Positions 1 to 9,957 of a DNA stretch of 64,000 nt are shown piece by piece (the stretch's first letter is position 1; each line of letters begins with the position of its first letter). The position numbers and the translations under genes were made by a program. The notes beneath the pieces were generated by a model. It was not told where the DNA came from and made no database searches. It worked only from the letters and a program-made list of their open reading frames with translations. Source of the stretch: Candidatus Saganbacteria bacterium (GTDB taxonomy: Bacteria; Margulisbacteria; WOR-1; XYC2-FULL-46-14; WPAF01); NCBI GenBank assembly GCA_009772965.1, contig WPAF01000002.1, forward strand, positions 54,199 to 118,198, written 5' to 3'.

Positions 1-1
1 G

Positions 2-391
2 GCCTCCGGCTATGTTAATCCGCTTTCGGCGATCGCAATTGGCGGAGTGGCTGCGGTCATTTCCTATTATATGATTGTCCTGCGTATGAAGTTTAGGATT
101 GACGAATCGCTTGATGCTTTTGCCTGCCATGGCATGGGTGGATTGTGGGGAGCGCTTGCGACCGGAATATTTGCCGAAAAAGCAATTAATCCGGCGGGGG
201 CAAACGGCTTGCTGTTTGGCAATCCTCATTTGTTTTGGGTACAACTGGTCTCCGTAATTGTTATTGCTTCTTTCTCTTTTGTCGCGAGCTATGTTCTTGC
301 GACCCTGATCGATCTATTTATCGGCTTAAGGGTTACAGAAAATGAAGAGCTGGTCGGGCTCGATATTTCGCAACACGCTGAAAGTATTTAA
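2..391 (+). CDS. amtB: Ammonium transporter Amt, C-terminal part (5'-partial at window edge)
   Basis: The frame is open from nt 2. The translation (GYVNPLSAIAIGGVAAV...HGMGGLWGALATGIFA...) matches conserved Amt/MEP C-terminal helices. It is followed directly by a PII gene. Confidence 0.85.
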   Translation, partial: ASGYVNPLSAIAIGGVAAVISYYMIVLRMKFRIDESLDAFACHGMGGLWGALATGIFAEKAINPAGANGLLFGNPHLFWVQLVSVIVIASFSFVASYVLATLIDLFIGLRVTENEELVGLDISQHAESI

Positions 392-403
392 GGAGGGACA
401 ACT

Positions 404-742
404 ATGAAAAAAATAGAAGCGATCATCCGTTCCGAAAAACTGGAAGAGATTAGGGAAGCGCTGGACGCGAAGAACCTAAGCCGCATGACGGTGACCGAGG
501 TCAAGGGGCGCGGGACGCAGAAGGGAATTACCCTTGAGTGGCGGGTGGGGGAGTATACAGTTGAATTCCTGCCGAAAATAAAAGTTGAGCTTGTAGTGAA
601 TGATGAGCAGGTCGATCAAGTGGTAAAGATTATCATTTCTGCCTGTCAAACCGGCAAGATCGGCGACGGAAAAATATTTATCTCGCCAATTGAGGAGGCG
701 ATAAGGATCAGGACAAATGAGAGAGGGGAGAAAGTATTATAG
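404..742 (+). CDS. glnK: Nitrogen regulatory protein P-II (GlnK-type, linked to amtB)
   Basis: 112 aa starting MKKIEAIIRSEKLEEIREAL..RMTVTEVKGRG.QKG, the canonical PII family including the T-loop region. AGGAGG RBS 8 nt upstream. Lies immediately downstream of amtB. Confidence 0.9.
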   Translation: MKKIEAIIRSEKLEEIREALDAKNLSRMTVTEVKGRGTQKGITLEWRVGEYTVEFLPKIKVELVVNDEQVDQVVKIIISACQTGKIGDGKIFISPIEEAIRIRTNERGEKVL

Positions 743-854
743 TTATGCCAACTATATATTTCGCAGCACGCTGAAAGCGTTTAAGGCGTTATAAATGCTT
801 TATAAATATTTAAAAACTGCTAAAATATACCCAATAGTTAAAAAGGGGGCAGTT

Positions 855-1310
855 ATGAAAATATCGGAGCTTATGACCAAAGAGGTTTTTACTATCCCTC
901 CAGACATGAGCGTAAAGGAAGCGGCAAGATTGCTGATGGATAAAGAGATCTCAGGCCTGCCGGTTGTTGACAAGGACAATAAAGTGATTGGCATGTTGAC
1001 GGAAAAAGACATTATCAGCATGGCTATGCCCAAATACCTTGAAGAAAAAGATCTGCATGATTTTGCTTATATTCTTGATGATGGCCCGTTTTGGAAAAAA
1101 GCGGAAGAAGCGGATAAATTAAAAGTAAAAGACATCATGAGAAAGGAAGTCCTCTGCGTCTCTGAAAGTACGCCATTGCCTGAAGTTGCGAGGCTGATGA
1201 TAAGCAAAAAAGTAAGAAGAATTCCGATAGTGACAGACGGAAAGCTTGTCGGGATAATTGCCAGAGCGGACATTGTTAAAGAAATCGCTAAAAAGACAGG
1301 AATTATATAA
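855..1310 (+). CDS. CBS-pair domain protein
   Basis: MKISELMTKEVFTI...VKEAARLLMDKEISGLPVVD and a second ..IMRKEVLCV...ARLMISKKVRRIPIV motif give two CBS motifs. AAGGGGG RBS precedes the ATG at 855. Confidence 0.75.
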   Translation: MKISELMTKEVFTIPPDMSVKEAARLLMDKEISGLPVVDKDNKVIGMLTEKDIISMAMPKYLEEKDLHDFAYILDDGPFWKKAEEADKLKVKDIMRKEVLCVSESTPLPEVARLMISKKVRRIPIVTDGKLVGIIARADIVKEIAKKTGII

Positions 1311-2626
1311 TGGTCGTGCAGATTGTCGCGGCAGTATTATTTTTATTAGTGTATATATTGCTAGCAACAGATAAAATCCACAGGACTATAGTTGCGTTAT
1401 GGGGAGCGCTTCTTTTTGCCACAATCCCGGTATTTACAAATCAAGGTATCCAGTATGGACTCCTTTCAAAAAGCGACCTTTTAAGATATGAAAACTGGGA
1501 AGCGCTGGGGCTGATTTTTGGCTTATTTACAATTGTCGCGGCGCTCCGCGAAAGCGGATTTTTTAGGTGGCTGGGTTTGGCCATACTTAAAGCGGCAAAA
1601 TTTGATCCGCTTCGCGTCTTTATTCTTTTTTCATGCACTGCCGCGATTCTTTCTGCATTTATGGATTCGGTAACTGTGTTAATGTTCCTTACGGTTTTAA
1701 CAATTGAAGCTTGCGGCATACTTCAAGTAAATCCATTGCCTTTTATCATAACCGAAATACTTTGCGCGAACATTGGCGGGACGTCAACCATAATCGGCAA
1801 TCCTCCAAATATCATTATTGGCACGGGGCTTCACCTTTCTTTTGCCGACTTTATTTTTAATGTCTTTCCTTTTGTTTTGGTGGTTTTGGCTATTAATCTT
1901 GTTTTAAGCTATTTATTTTTCAAAAAGATTTTTATCAATAGAAAAAAAATTGCCAGTGAAACGTTTGAAAAAAACAAGGATATAAAACCGGAATCGGCGA
2001 TTACCGATCCCCGGCTTATGAAAATATCTTCTATCATTTTTGGATTGGTTGTTGTTGCCTTGATGTTCCATAGTGTGTTTGGAATATCTCTGGCATTTAT
2101 AGGCATATTGGGCGCGTCTCTGGTCTTGCTATTGGGCGGCAAAAAGATGCCTGAAGTAATAGAGAGGATTGATTGGCATACGCTTATCTTTTTTGCCTGC
2201 CTTTTTATCATGGTGGGCGGGCTTGAAAAAACCGGAGTTCTTCAAGAAGTGTCGAAATGGATAGGAATAATATCGGGCGGAAATATAGTTATCGCTTCAT
2301 TTATAATATTGTGGTTTTCTGCTATTGCTTCCGCAGTAATTGATAATGTGCCTTTCGCGGCGGCAATGGTGCCTATTGTTTCTGATCTTGCGCATACATT
2401 TGCTATGCCTCTGCCGATTTTGACCTGGGCAATGGTGCTTGGAGTAAATATAGGCGGCAATGGCACGCCAATTGGAGCCTCGGCTAATGTGGTAGGCCTC
2501 TCAATATATGAAAAAAGAACCGGAAAAAAAGTTACATGGGCGGAATATTGTAAAACTGCCATTCCGCTGACATTAATATCAGTTATTGCCTGTACAATCT
2601 TATTTTTCTTCAGGTATTTATTGTAA
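1310..2626 (+). CDS. ArsB/NhaD-superfamily anion permease (SLC13/YbiR-like) membrane transporter
   Basis: 438 aa polytopic membrane protein with the hallmark GGTSTIIGNPPNIIIG and GGNGTPIGASANVV motifs of the ArsB/NhaD permease superfamily. Its ATG overlaps the upstream stop (TAATG). Confidence 0.7.
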   Translation: MVVQIVAAVLFLLVYILLATDKIHRTIVALWGALLFATIPVFTNQGIQYGLLSKSDLLRYENWEALGLIFGLFTIVAALRESGFFRWLGLAILKAAKFDPLRVFILFSCTAAILSAFMDSVTVLMFLTVLTIEACGILQVNPLPFIITEILCANIGGTSTIIGNPPNIIIGTGLHLSFADFIFNVFPFVLVVLAINLVLSYLFFKKIFINRKKIASETFEKNKDIKPESAITDPRLMKISSIIFGLVVVALMFHSVFGISLAFIGILGASLVLLLGGKKMPEVIERIDWHTLIFFACLFIMVGGLEKTGVLQEVSKWIGIISGGNIVIASFIILWFSAIASAVIDNVPFAAAMVPIVSDLAHTFAMPLPILTWAMVLGVNIGGNGTPIGASANVVGLSIYEKRTGKKVTWAEYCKTAIPLTLISVIACTILFFFRYLL

Positions 2627-2813
2627 TTTATTGATGTGTCATACCCGCGGAGGCGGGTATCAATGACAAAAATGTATAATATTGAAAGATATATACAATA
2701 ATGTATATGCCCTCATCATGAGTTTTTAGTTATTTGTTGTTATAAAGCCAAAAAGAAAATTCACAATCAAAGCATATAAATTGCTTCTAATGTTTCAAAA
2801 GGAGATGATTTAT

Positions 2814-4160
2814 ATGGCGACAAAGGCGACTACAAAAGAGGAAATATTAAAAACGATAAAAGATAACGATGTCCAATTTGTAAGGCTGTGGTTTACGGAT
2901 ATAAACGGGATATTAAAAAGTTTTGCGGTAGGATCCGACGAGATGGAAGAGGCATTAACGCAAGGGATGGGATTTGACGGGTCTTCGATTACCGGGTTCC
3001 AATCAATTGAAGAGTCCGATATGATTGCCATGCCCGATCCTGAAACTTTTTCAATTCTCCCATGGAGGCCGCAGGAAAAGGCGGTGGCAAGGATGATTTG
3101 CGATATCCTTACTCCATCTGCCGGCAAACATAAGCCCTATGAAGGTGATCCAAGATATGTTTTGAGGAGAGCGCTTGATAAAATGAAAAAAATGGGCTTT
3201 GACCATTTTTACGTTGGTCCCGAGCTTGAGTATTTCTATTTTAAATCCTCAAACAAACCCGAAATAATTGATGAAGGGGGATACTTTGACCTTACTCCGC
3301 TCGACATGGCATCAAATCTAAGAAGAGAAACCATTTTAGCGCTGAAAAAGCTTGGGGTAAGGGTTGAGTATTCTCATCACGAAGTTGCTCCCTCCCAGCA
3401 TGAAATTGATATGCGATATGATGATGCGTTGAAAATGGCGGACAATACAATTACTTATCGCTTAACTGTAAAAGAAATTGCCACTCAACAGGGTGTTTAT
3501 GCCACATTTATGCCAAAGCCGCTTTTTGGACAAAATGGTTCAGGAATGCATGTGCACCAATCACTCTTTAGGGGCAGTAAAAATGCTTTTTACGATGCGA
3601 ATGACAAATATAATCTTTCTGATATTGGAAAGTCATATATTGCCGGCATTTTAAAGCATGCGCCGGAAATGAGTTCTATTCTTGCTCCCTGGGTCAATTC
3701 CTACAAAAGATTAGTTCCGGGGTATGAAGCGCCGGTTTATATTGCCTGGTCGCGCAGGAACCGCTCTGCTTTAGTAAGAGTTCCGATGTACCAGCCGGGC
3801 AAAGAAGCCGCCACCCGCATGGAGCTTAGATGTCCCGATCCTTCCGGCAATCCTTATCTCCAGTTTGCGGTAATGCTGAACGCGGGATTGAAAGGAATTG
3901 AAGAAGGGTATAAACTGCCAGAACCGATGGAATTAAACCTTTACCACCTTACTGAAGAAGAAAGGGCGGAAAGGGGAATTAAATCTTTGCCTGCTTCACT
4001 TGGCGAGGCAATAGCAAAAACAGAAAAAAGCGAGCTTGTCAGGGAAGCCCTTGGCGACCACTGCTTTGAAAGATTCATTGCGATAAAAAAACAAGAATGG
4101 GATGAATTTAGGATCCAGGTGACAGAGTACGAAATAAAAAAGTATCTGCCAATTTTATAA
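2814..4160 (+). CDS. glnA: Glutamine synthetase type I
   Basis: MATKATTKEEILKTIKDNDVQFVRLWFTDINGILKSF... is a classic GSI N-terminus, with downstream GS catalytic motifs. AGGAG RBS upstream of the ATG at 2814. Confidence 0.9.
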   Translation: MATKATTKEEILKTIKDNDVQFVRLWFTDINGILKSFAVGSDEMEEALTQGMGFDGSSITGFQSIEESDMIAMPDPETFSILPWRPQEKAVARMICDILTPSAGKHKPYEGDPRYVLRRALDKMKKMGFDHFYVGPELEYFYFKSSNKPEIIDEGGYFDLTPLDMASNLRRETILALKKLGVRVEYSHHEVAPSQHEIDMRYDDALKMADNTITYRLTVKEIATQQGVYATFMPKPLFGQNGSGMHVHQSLFRGSKNAFYDANDKYNLSDIGKSYIAGILKHAPEMSSILAPWVNSYKRLVPGYEAPVYIAWSRRNRSALVRVPMYQPGKEAATRMELRCPDPSGNPYLQFAVMLNAGLKGIEEGYKLPEPMELNLYHLTEEERAERGIKSLPASLGEAIAKTEKSELVREALGDHCFERFIAIKKQEWDEFRIQVTEYEIKKYLPIL

Positions 4161-4187
4161 TTTTCTAAGGGCAGGGGTCTTGTTAAA

Positions 4188-7100
4188 ATGAATGAAAACA
4201 ATAAAGGTTTATATTCCCCGCAGTTTGAACATGACAGCTGCGGTGTTGGCTTTGTTGTTAACATCAAAGGCAGAAAATCCAACGAGATAGTAAAACAGGG
4301 TCTTGAAATATTAAAGCGGTTAGCGCATAGAGGGGCGGTGGGGGCTGACCCAAAAACCGGGGATGGGGCGGGGATACTCCTTCAAATTCCCCATGAATTT
4401 CTTACTGAGGTTTGCGATAAAATAAAACTTCCTCCTCCCGGGGCGTACGGCACCGGCATAATATTTTTTCCTCAGGATTTGTCAGAAAAAGAAAAATATA
4501 AAAAAGCCATAAAAAAATATATAGAGCTTGAGGGGCAAATATTTCTTGGCTTTAGGCCGGTGCCGGTTGATGATTCAGATATCGGCAAAAGCGCAAAAGA
4601 AACACAGCCGTCAATTGAACAGGTTTTTATCCAAAAAGGGCAAAAGGTAAACACCCAATTAGAATTTGAAAGAAAGCTGTATTTAATCAGGAAACAGGTT
4701 GAAATAAGCGGATTAACTTTGACCCATCTGTCGTCGCGGACAATTATTTATAAAGGGCTATTGATGCCGCACCAGGTGGAAAAATATTTTCTGGATCTTC
4801 AAAATCCAAAATTTAAAAGCGCAGTCGCGCTGGTACATTCAAGATACAGCACAAATACTTTCCCTTCGTGGAACCTTTCCCAGCCGTTCCGATTTCTGGC
4901 GCACAACGGAGAAATAAATACCCTTCGCGGCAATATTAATTGGATGAAGGCAAGAGAAGGGATTTTGCACAGTAAAGTATTTGATATCGCAAAATTAAAA
5001 CCCATAATTGTCCCAGAAGGTTCTGATTCCGCGTCGCTGGACAATATGCTGGAGCTTTTAGTGCTTTCCGGACGCACAATATCGCAGGCGATGATGATGC
5101 TGGTTCCCCAAGCTTGGGAGCGCAATAGGCAAATTCCAAAAAGTATTAAAGATTTCTATCAATTTAACTCTTGTTTTATGGAACCGTGGGATGGGCCTGC
5201 GGCTATAGCTTTTACTGACGGGGAAAAAATTGGGGCGATGCTTGATAGAAATGGATTAAGGCCGGCGCGATATATTATAACTAAAAGCGGAAACGCTGTG
5301 ATGGCTTCAGAGGCGGGAGTCCTTGATATTGAACCAAGCGAAATAATTGTTTCCGGCAGGATTGAACCGGGAAAAATGCTCTTTATTGATTTTGAAGAAG
5401 GAAGAATCATAGCTGATGAGGAAATAAAAGATACGGCGGCATCAGCTAAGCCCTATGGCGAATGGCTTAAAAAAAATATATTAGAGCTTAGCAAACTGCC
5501 AAAAATATCATCTTCCCAAAAAGAAATTCCGCCGCGGCTTTTTAATGCCTTTGGGTACACGAGGGAGGATTTCAAATTCATTATCAAACCAATGGCGGAA
5601 AAAGGAAAAGAGCCGATTGGGTCAATGGGAAATGATACTCCGCACGCGTTTTTATCAAAAAAACCACAACTTCTTTTTTCCTATTTTAAGCAGCTTTTTG
5701 CCCAGGTAACCAATCCTCCAATCGATCCGATAAGAGAAGAAATTGTCATGAGCCTTGAGTGTTTGATCGGCCCCCAGAAAAATATGCTTGATGAAACTCC
5801 CGAGCATTGCCGTAAATTGTTAATCAAAGAACCGATCTTATTGGATGAAGAGGTAGAAAAAATCCGCGGTTTGAACAAAAAAGGATTCAAAACCAAGACA
5901 ATAAATACATTTTTTAATTCCAAAAAAGATAACGGATTTATAGATGCATTAAATGATATTTGCCATGAGGCTGAAAAAGCAATTAATGATGGATATACTT
6001 TTATTGTTTTAAGCGACAGGGGAAATGAAAAAAATTCTCTCCCTATTCTTATGGCATGCGGGGCAGTGCACCATTATTTGGTTAATAAGTCACTAAGGAC
6101 ACAGGTTGGGATTATTATAGAAAGCGCGGAACCCCGCGAAGTACATCACTTTGCCCTGCTTTTTGGCTATGGAGCAGACTGTATTAACCCATATCTTGCT
6201 TATGAGGCTATTAGCCTGCTTGAAAAAGAAATAAATATTGACCATAAGACAGCTATAGGCAATTATCGCAGGGCGATTAACCACGGGATATTAAAAATTC
6301 TTTCAAAGATTGGTATTTCTACGCTTTCCAGCTACAAGGGGGCGCAGGTATTTGAAGCTTTGGGCTTGGCGGATGAAGTTATTGATAAATGCTTTGCAGG
6401 TACTGTATCAAGGGTTGGGGGATTGGATTTTAAAGCCATTGCCGACGAAACCATTATAAGACAGGAAATAACTAGTGATGTCCTTCTTCCTGCCGGAGGG
6501 ATTTACCAATGGAAAAGAGATGGGGAATTCCACCTTTTAAACCCAGACAGCATTTCAGCTTTGCAGGATTCAGTGAGGAAAGAAGATTTTACAAAATACA
6601 AAGAATTTTCTCGTATGATAAATGACCAAAAAGACAACCCGACAACTTTACGCGGATTATTAAAATTCAAAAAAGCTAGTCCTATTCCAATTGATCAGGT
6701 TGAACCAATTGAAAGCATCATGAAGCGTTTTGTTACTGGAGCGATGAGCTTTGGATCTATCAGCAGGGAAGCGCACGAAACACTTGCTATAGCAATGAAT
6801 AAAATCGGCGGAAAATCCAATACTGGCGAAGGGGGAGAAGATCCAGCCCGGTTTAAAGATGATCGCCGAAGCGCCGTTAAGCAAGTTGCTTCAGGCAGGT
6901 TCGGAGTTACCACTAATTATTTGGTTAACGCAGACGAATTGCAGATAAAAATTGCCCAGGGGGCAAAACCGGGGGAAGGTGGACAGCTTCCGGGATATAA
7001 AGTTTCCGCAATAATCGCGCGCACGCGTTATGTGACACCCGGGGTGACATTAATTTCACCTCCTCCTCACCACGACATTTATTCGATTGAAGATTTGGCT

Positions 7101-8603
7101 CAGTTGATCTTTGACCTTAAAAATGTAAATCCAACAGCAAGAATTAGCGTAAAACTGGTTTCTGAAGCCGGAGTCGGGACAGTTGCGGCAGGGGTGGCAA
7201 AAGGGCACGCGGATATGATTCTTATTTCAGGAGGAGATGGAGGAACGGGGGCAGCGCCTCAAACTTCCATCAGGTATGCAGGATTGCCGTGGGAGCTGGG
7301 GCTTTCAGAAACCCACCAAACTTTAATATTAAACGACTTGCGCGGCAGGGTGCGTTTGCAGACTGACGGGCAAATGAGAACCGGCAGGGATGTAGCAATT
7401 GCCGCGCTTTTAGGAGCTGAAGAATTTGGTTTTTGCACTTCGGTTTTAATTGTTTGCGGATGCGTGATGTTAAGGCACTGCCACTTAAATAATTGCTCGG
7501 TGGGTGTTGCGACGCAGGATGAATTTCTTGGCAAAAGGTTTTCCGGCCGCCCTGAATATGTAATTACTTATTTTAAATTTATTGCCCAGGAGCTGAGGGA
7601 AATAATGGCTGGCCTGGGGATAAAAACAGTAGATGAGATGATTGGGAGATCAGATCTTTTGGAGCAGGATAATATTTCCACGAAAGCTAAAACAATAGAT
7701 TATTCAAAAATATTATGGAAGCCGGAAGTTTCCCATCCAATACGTTTTTCAAAACTGCAGAAACATGAGCTTGAAAATGTCCTTGATCGCAAGCTTATTG
7801 AAGGATGCGCTGAAGCATTAAATAATAAAAAGCCAGTTAGATTACAGTATGGGATAAAAAATAATAACAGGGCGGTAGGCGCTATGCTTAGCGGAGAAAT
7901 TTGCCGGCGCTTTGGAGAAGCGGCATTACCAGAAAATACTATCAATGTAAAATTTAATGGAGTTGCCGGGCAGAGTTTTGGCGCCTGGCTCGTAAAAGGA
8001 GTGGTTTTTGAACTTGAAGGAATGGCAAATGATTATATAGGCAAAGGGATATCAGGCGGAAAAATAATAATCTATCCCGATAAAAAAGCTGGTTATGATC
8101 CATCAAAAAATGTCATCATCGGGAACACTTCTTTTTATGGCGCAATTGAGGGAGAGGCTTATATTAGAGGAATTGCGGGAGAAAGGTTTTGCATAAGGAA
8201 CTCAGGGCTTTATGCGGTTATAGAGGGAGTGGGCGACCACGGATTAGAATATATGACAGGCGGAAGGGTAATTGTAATTGGATCAACAGGAAGAAATTTT
8301 GCCGCGGGAATGTCGGGCGGGATTGCTTATGTATATGATAAAAACGCTGATTTTTCTGAAAAGTGCAATTTACAAATGGTCGAACTTGAATCATTGAAAA
8401 AAGACGACGAAAAAATTATCCAGGAATTATTGCACAACCATTTTAAATATACCGGAAGCACAGTTGCCAAAAAAATCATTGATAATTTCATGAAAGAAAA
8501 AAGAAAGTTTGTTAAAGTGATGCCCATTGAGTATAAACGGGTGCTTCAGGAAAAAGTATTGGAAGAAAAAGAGCTGGAGCTTATGGAGATATCAGATGGG
8601 TAA
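4188..8603 (+). CDS. gltB: Glutamate synthase large subunit
   Basis: 1471 aa. N-terminal Ntn amidotransferase (MNENN...CGVGFVVNIKG), FMN/Fe-S central domain and C-terminal GXGXG domain, in the order typical of GltB. Confidence 0.9.
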   Translation: MNENNKGLYSPQFEHDSCGVGFVVNIKGRKSNEIVKQGLEILKRLAHRGAVGADPKTGDGAGILLQIPHEFLTEVCDKIKLPPPGAYGTGIIFFPQDLSEKEKYKKAIKKYIELEGQIFLGFRPVPVDDSDIGKSAKETQPSIEQVFIQKGQKVNTQLEFERKLYLIRKQVEISGLTLTHLSSRTIIYKGLLMPHQVEKYFLDLQNPKFKSAVALVHSRYSTNTFPSWNLSQPFRFLAHNGEINTLRGNINWMKAREGILHSKVFDIAKLKPIIVPEGSDSASLDNMLELLVLSGRTISQAMMMLVPQAWERNRQIPKSIKDFYQFNSCFMEPWDGPAAIAFTDGEKIGAMLDRNGLRPARYIITKSGNAVMASEAGVLDIEPSEIIVSGRIEPGKMLFIDFEEGRIIADEEIKDTAASAKPYGEWLKKNILELSKLPKISSSQKEIPPRLFNAFGYTREDFKFIIKPMAEKGKEPIGSMGNDTPHAFLSKKPQLLFSYFKQLFAQVTNPPIDPIREEIVMSLECLIGPQKNMLDETPEHCRKLLIKEPILLDEEVEKIRGLNKKGFKTKTINTFFNSKKDNGFIDALNDICHEAEKAINDGYTFIVLSDRGNEKNSLPILMACGAVHHYLVNKSLRTQVGIIIESAEPREVHHFALLFGYGADCINPYLAYEAISLLEKEINIDHKTAIGNYRRAINHGILKILSKIGISTLSSYKGAQVFEALGLADEVIDKCFAGTVSRVGGLDFKAIADETIIRQEITSDVLLPAGGIYQWKRDGEFHLLNPDSISALQDSVRKEDFTKYKEFSRMINDQKDNPTTLRGLLKFKKASPIPIDQVEPIESIMKRFVTGAMSFGSISREAHETLAIAMNKIGGKSNTGEGGEDPARFKDDRRSAVKQVASGRFGVTTNYLVNADELQIKIAQGAKPGEGGQLPGYKVSAIIARTRYVTPGVTLISPPPHHDIYSIEDLAQLIFDLKNVNPTARISVKLVSEAGVGTVAAGVAKGHADMILISGGDGGTGAAPQTSIRYAGLPWELGLSETHQTLILNDLRGRVRLQTDGQMRTGRDVAIAALLGAEEFGFCTSVLIVCGCVMLRHCHLNNCSVGVATQDEFLGKRFSGRPEYVITYFKFIAQELREIMAGLGIKTVDEMIGRSDLLEQDNISTKAKTIDYSKILWKPEVSHPIRFSKLQKHELENVLDRKLIEGCAEALNNKKPVRLQYGIKNNNRAVGAMLSGEICRRFGEAALPENTINVKFNGVAGQSFGAWLVKGVVFELEGMANDYIGKGISGGKIIIYPDKKAGYDPSKNVIIGNTSFYGAIEGEAYIRGIAGERFCIRNSGLYAVIEGVGDHGLEYMTGGRVIVIGSTGRNFAAGMSGGIAYVYDKNADFSEKCNLQMVELESLKKDDEKIIQELLHNHFKYTGSTVAKKIIDNFMKEKRKFVKVMPIEYKRVLQEKVLEEKELELMEISDG

Positions 8604-9918
8604 TCCAAAAGGATTTATAAAATATAGCAGGAAAAAGACGGAATACAGGCCGTCTTGCGAAAGAATAAAAGATTATGATTTAGTATTTAAACACAGGGCT
8701 GAAGCCGATTCTAAGGAACAGGCATCCCGCTGTATGGACTGCGGAACGCCATTTTGCCACTGGGGCTGTCCGCTGGCGAATTACATACCCGAATGGAATG
8801 ATTATAATTCTTTCGGCTTTTGGAAAAAAGCTTATCAACTGCTCAGCCAAACAAATAACTTGCCTGAGATAACAGGAAGGGTTTGCCCCGCATTATGCGA
8901 ATTTGCCTGCGTGCTTGGCATTAATGATGATCCTGTGACAATAAGAGAAAACGAGCTTTCAATAATTGAATACGCGTTTAAAAAAGAATGGGTAAGGCCA
9001 AATCCCCCCAAAATCAGGACCGGAAAAAAAGTCGCGATTATTGGGTCTGGGCCGGCCGGGATTTCCTGCGCCGCACAGCTTAACCAAAAAGGGCATACAG
9101 CGGTAGTATTTGAAAAAGATAAAAAGATCGGCGGTCTCATGAGATATGGGATACCGGATTTTAAACTGGAAAAGAGCATTCTTGACCGCAGGATAGAAAT
9201 CTTAAAAGAAGAGGGGATAATTTTTAAGACAGGCATAAATGTTGATATTCAATCCGGAAAAATATTGGAAGAATATGACGCGGTATGCTATGCCGGAGGA
9301 TGCCGCACTCCGAGGGATTTGAAGGTGAAAGGCAGGGAATTGGACGGGATACACTTTGCCTTGGAATATCTTTCCCAAACAAATAAAATCATTTCTGGGG
9401 AACAAATAAAAAACGAAATTGAAGTCTGTGGAAAAAAGGTTGTTGTGATCGGGGGAGGGGATACCGGGTCTGATTGTGTTGGCACGGCTAATCGGCAGGG
9501 GGTGGCAAGCGTTGTCCAGCTGGAGCTTCTTCCCAAACCGCCGGAAAAAAGGCTTGAAAGCCAGCCTTGGCCTAAATATCCAAACTTGTTAAAAAATACA
9601 AGCAGCCATGAAGAAGGATGCGGCCGCAAATGGTCAGTTATGACAAAAGAATTTATTGGCAAAGGAACAAATATCTCAGGCCTTAGATGCGTTTTAGTTG
9701 ATTGTGATTTAAAAGAAATTCCGGGTTCGGAATTTGCAATTGAAGCAGATGTTGTACTTTTGGCGCTTGGATTTCTAAGTCCGGAAAAGATGGGATTTAC
9801 CAGCGAAAATGTTTTTGTTGCTGGAGACGCGCGCAGGGGACAGTCGCTTATCGTATGGGCGATACAGGAGGGCAGAAGCGCAGCTGCGGCTATTGATGCA
9901 TTTTTACTGCGAACATAA
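8596..9918 (+). CDS. gltD: Glutamate synthase small subunit (NAD(P)H-dependent oxidoreductase)
   Basis: Translation from the ATG at 8596 (MGNPKGFIKYSRKK...) has a Cys-rich Fe-S region and two Rossmann GXGXXG motifs (IIGSGPAG, VIGGGDTG). The start overlaps the gltB stop by 8 nt. Confidence 0.85.
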   Translation: MGNPKGFIKYSRKKTEYRPSCERIKDYDLVFKHRAEADSKEQASRCMDCGTPFCHWGCPLANYIPEWNDYNSFGFWKKAYQLLSQTNNLPEITGRVCPALCEFACVLGINDDPVTIRENELSIIEYAFKKEWVRPNPPKIRTGKKVAIIGSGPAGISCAAQLNQKGHTAVVFEKDKKIGGLMRYGIPDFKLEKSILDRRIEILKEEGIIFKTGINVDIQSGKILEEYDAVCYAGGCRTPRDLKVKGRELDGIHFALEYLSQTNKIISGEQIKNEIEVCGKKVVVIGGGDTGSDCVGTANRQGVASVVQLELLPKPPEKRLESQPWPKYPNLLKNTSSHEEGCGRKWSVMTKEFIGKGTNISGLRCVLVDCDLKEIPGSEFAIEADVVLLALGFLSPEKMGFTSENVFVAGDARRGQSLIVWAIQEGRSAAAAIDAFLLRT

Positions 9919-9957
9919 AGCTTTAAAAGTTGCAAATTTAATAATATAATAACCTCT

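Noticed and set aside
2636-2672. Imperfect palindrome TGTCATACCCGCGGAGGCGGGTATCAATGACA after the first permease gene
   Set aside because: Could be a terminator, but it is followed by an A-run rather than a T-run on the coding strand, and the stem is interrupted. Not strong enough to call.
9288-9935. 215-aa minus-strand ORF
   Set aside because: Lies entirely antisense within gltD, a highly conserved and confidently assigned gene. P/S-rich translation typical of antisense read-through.
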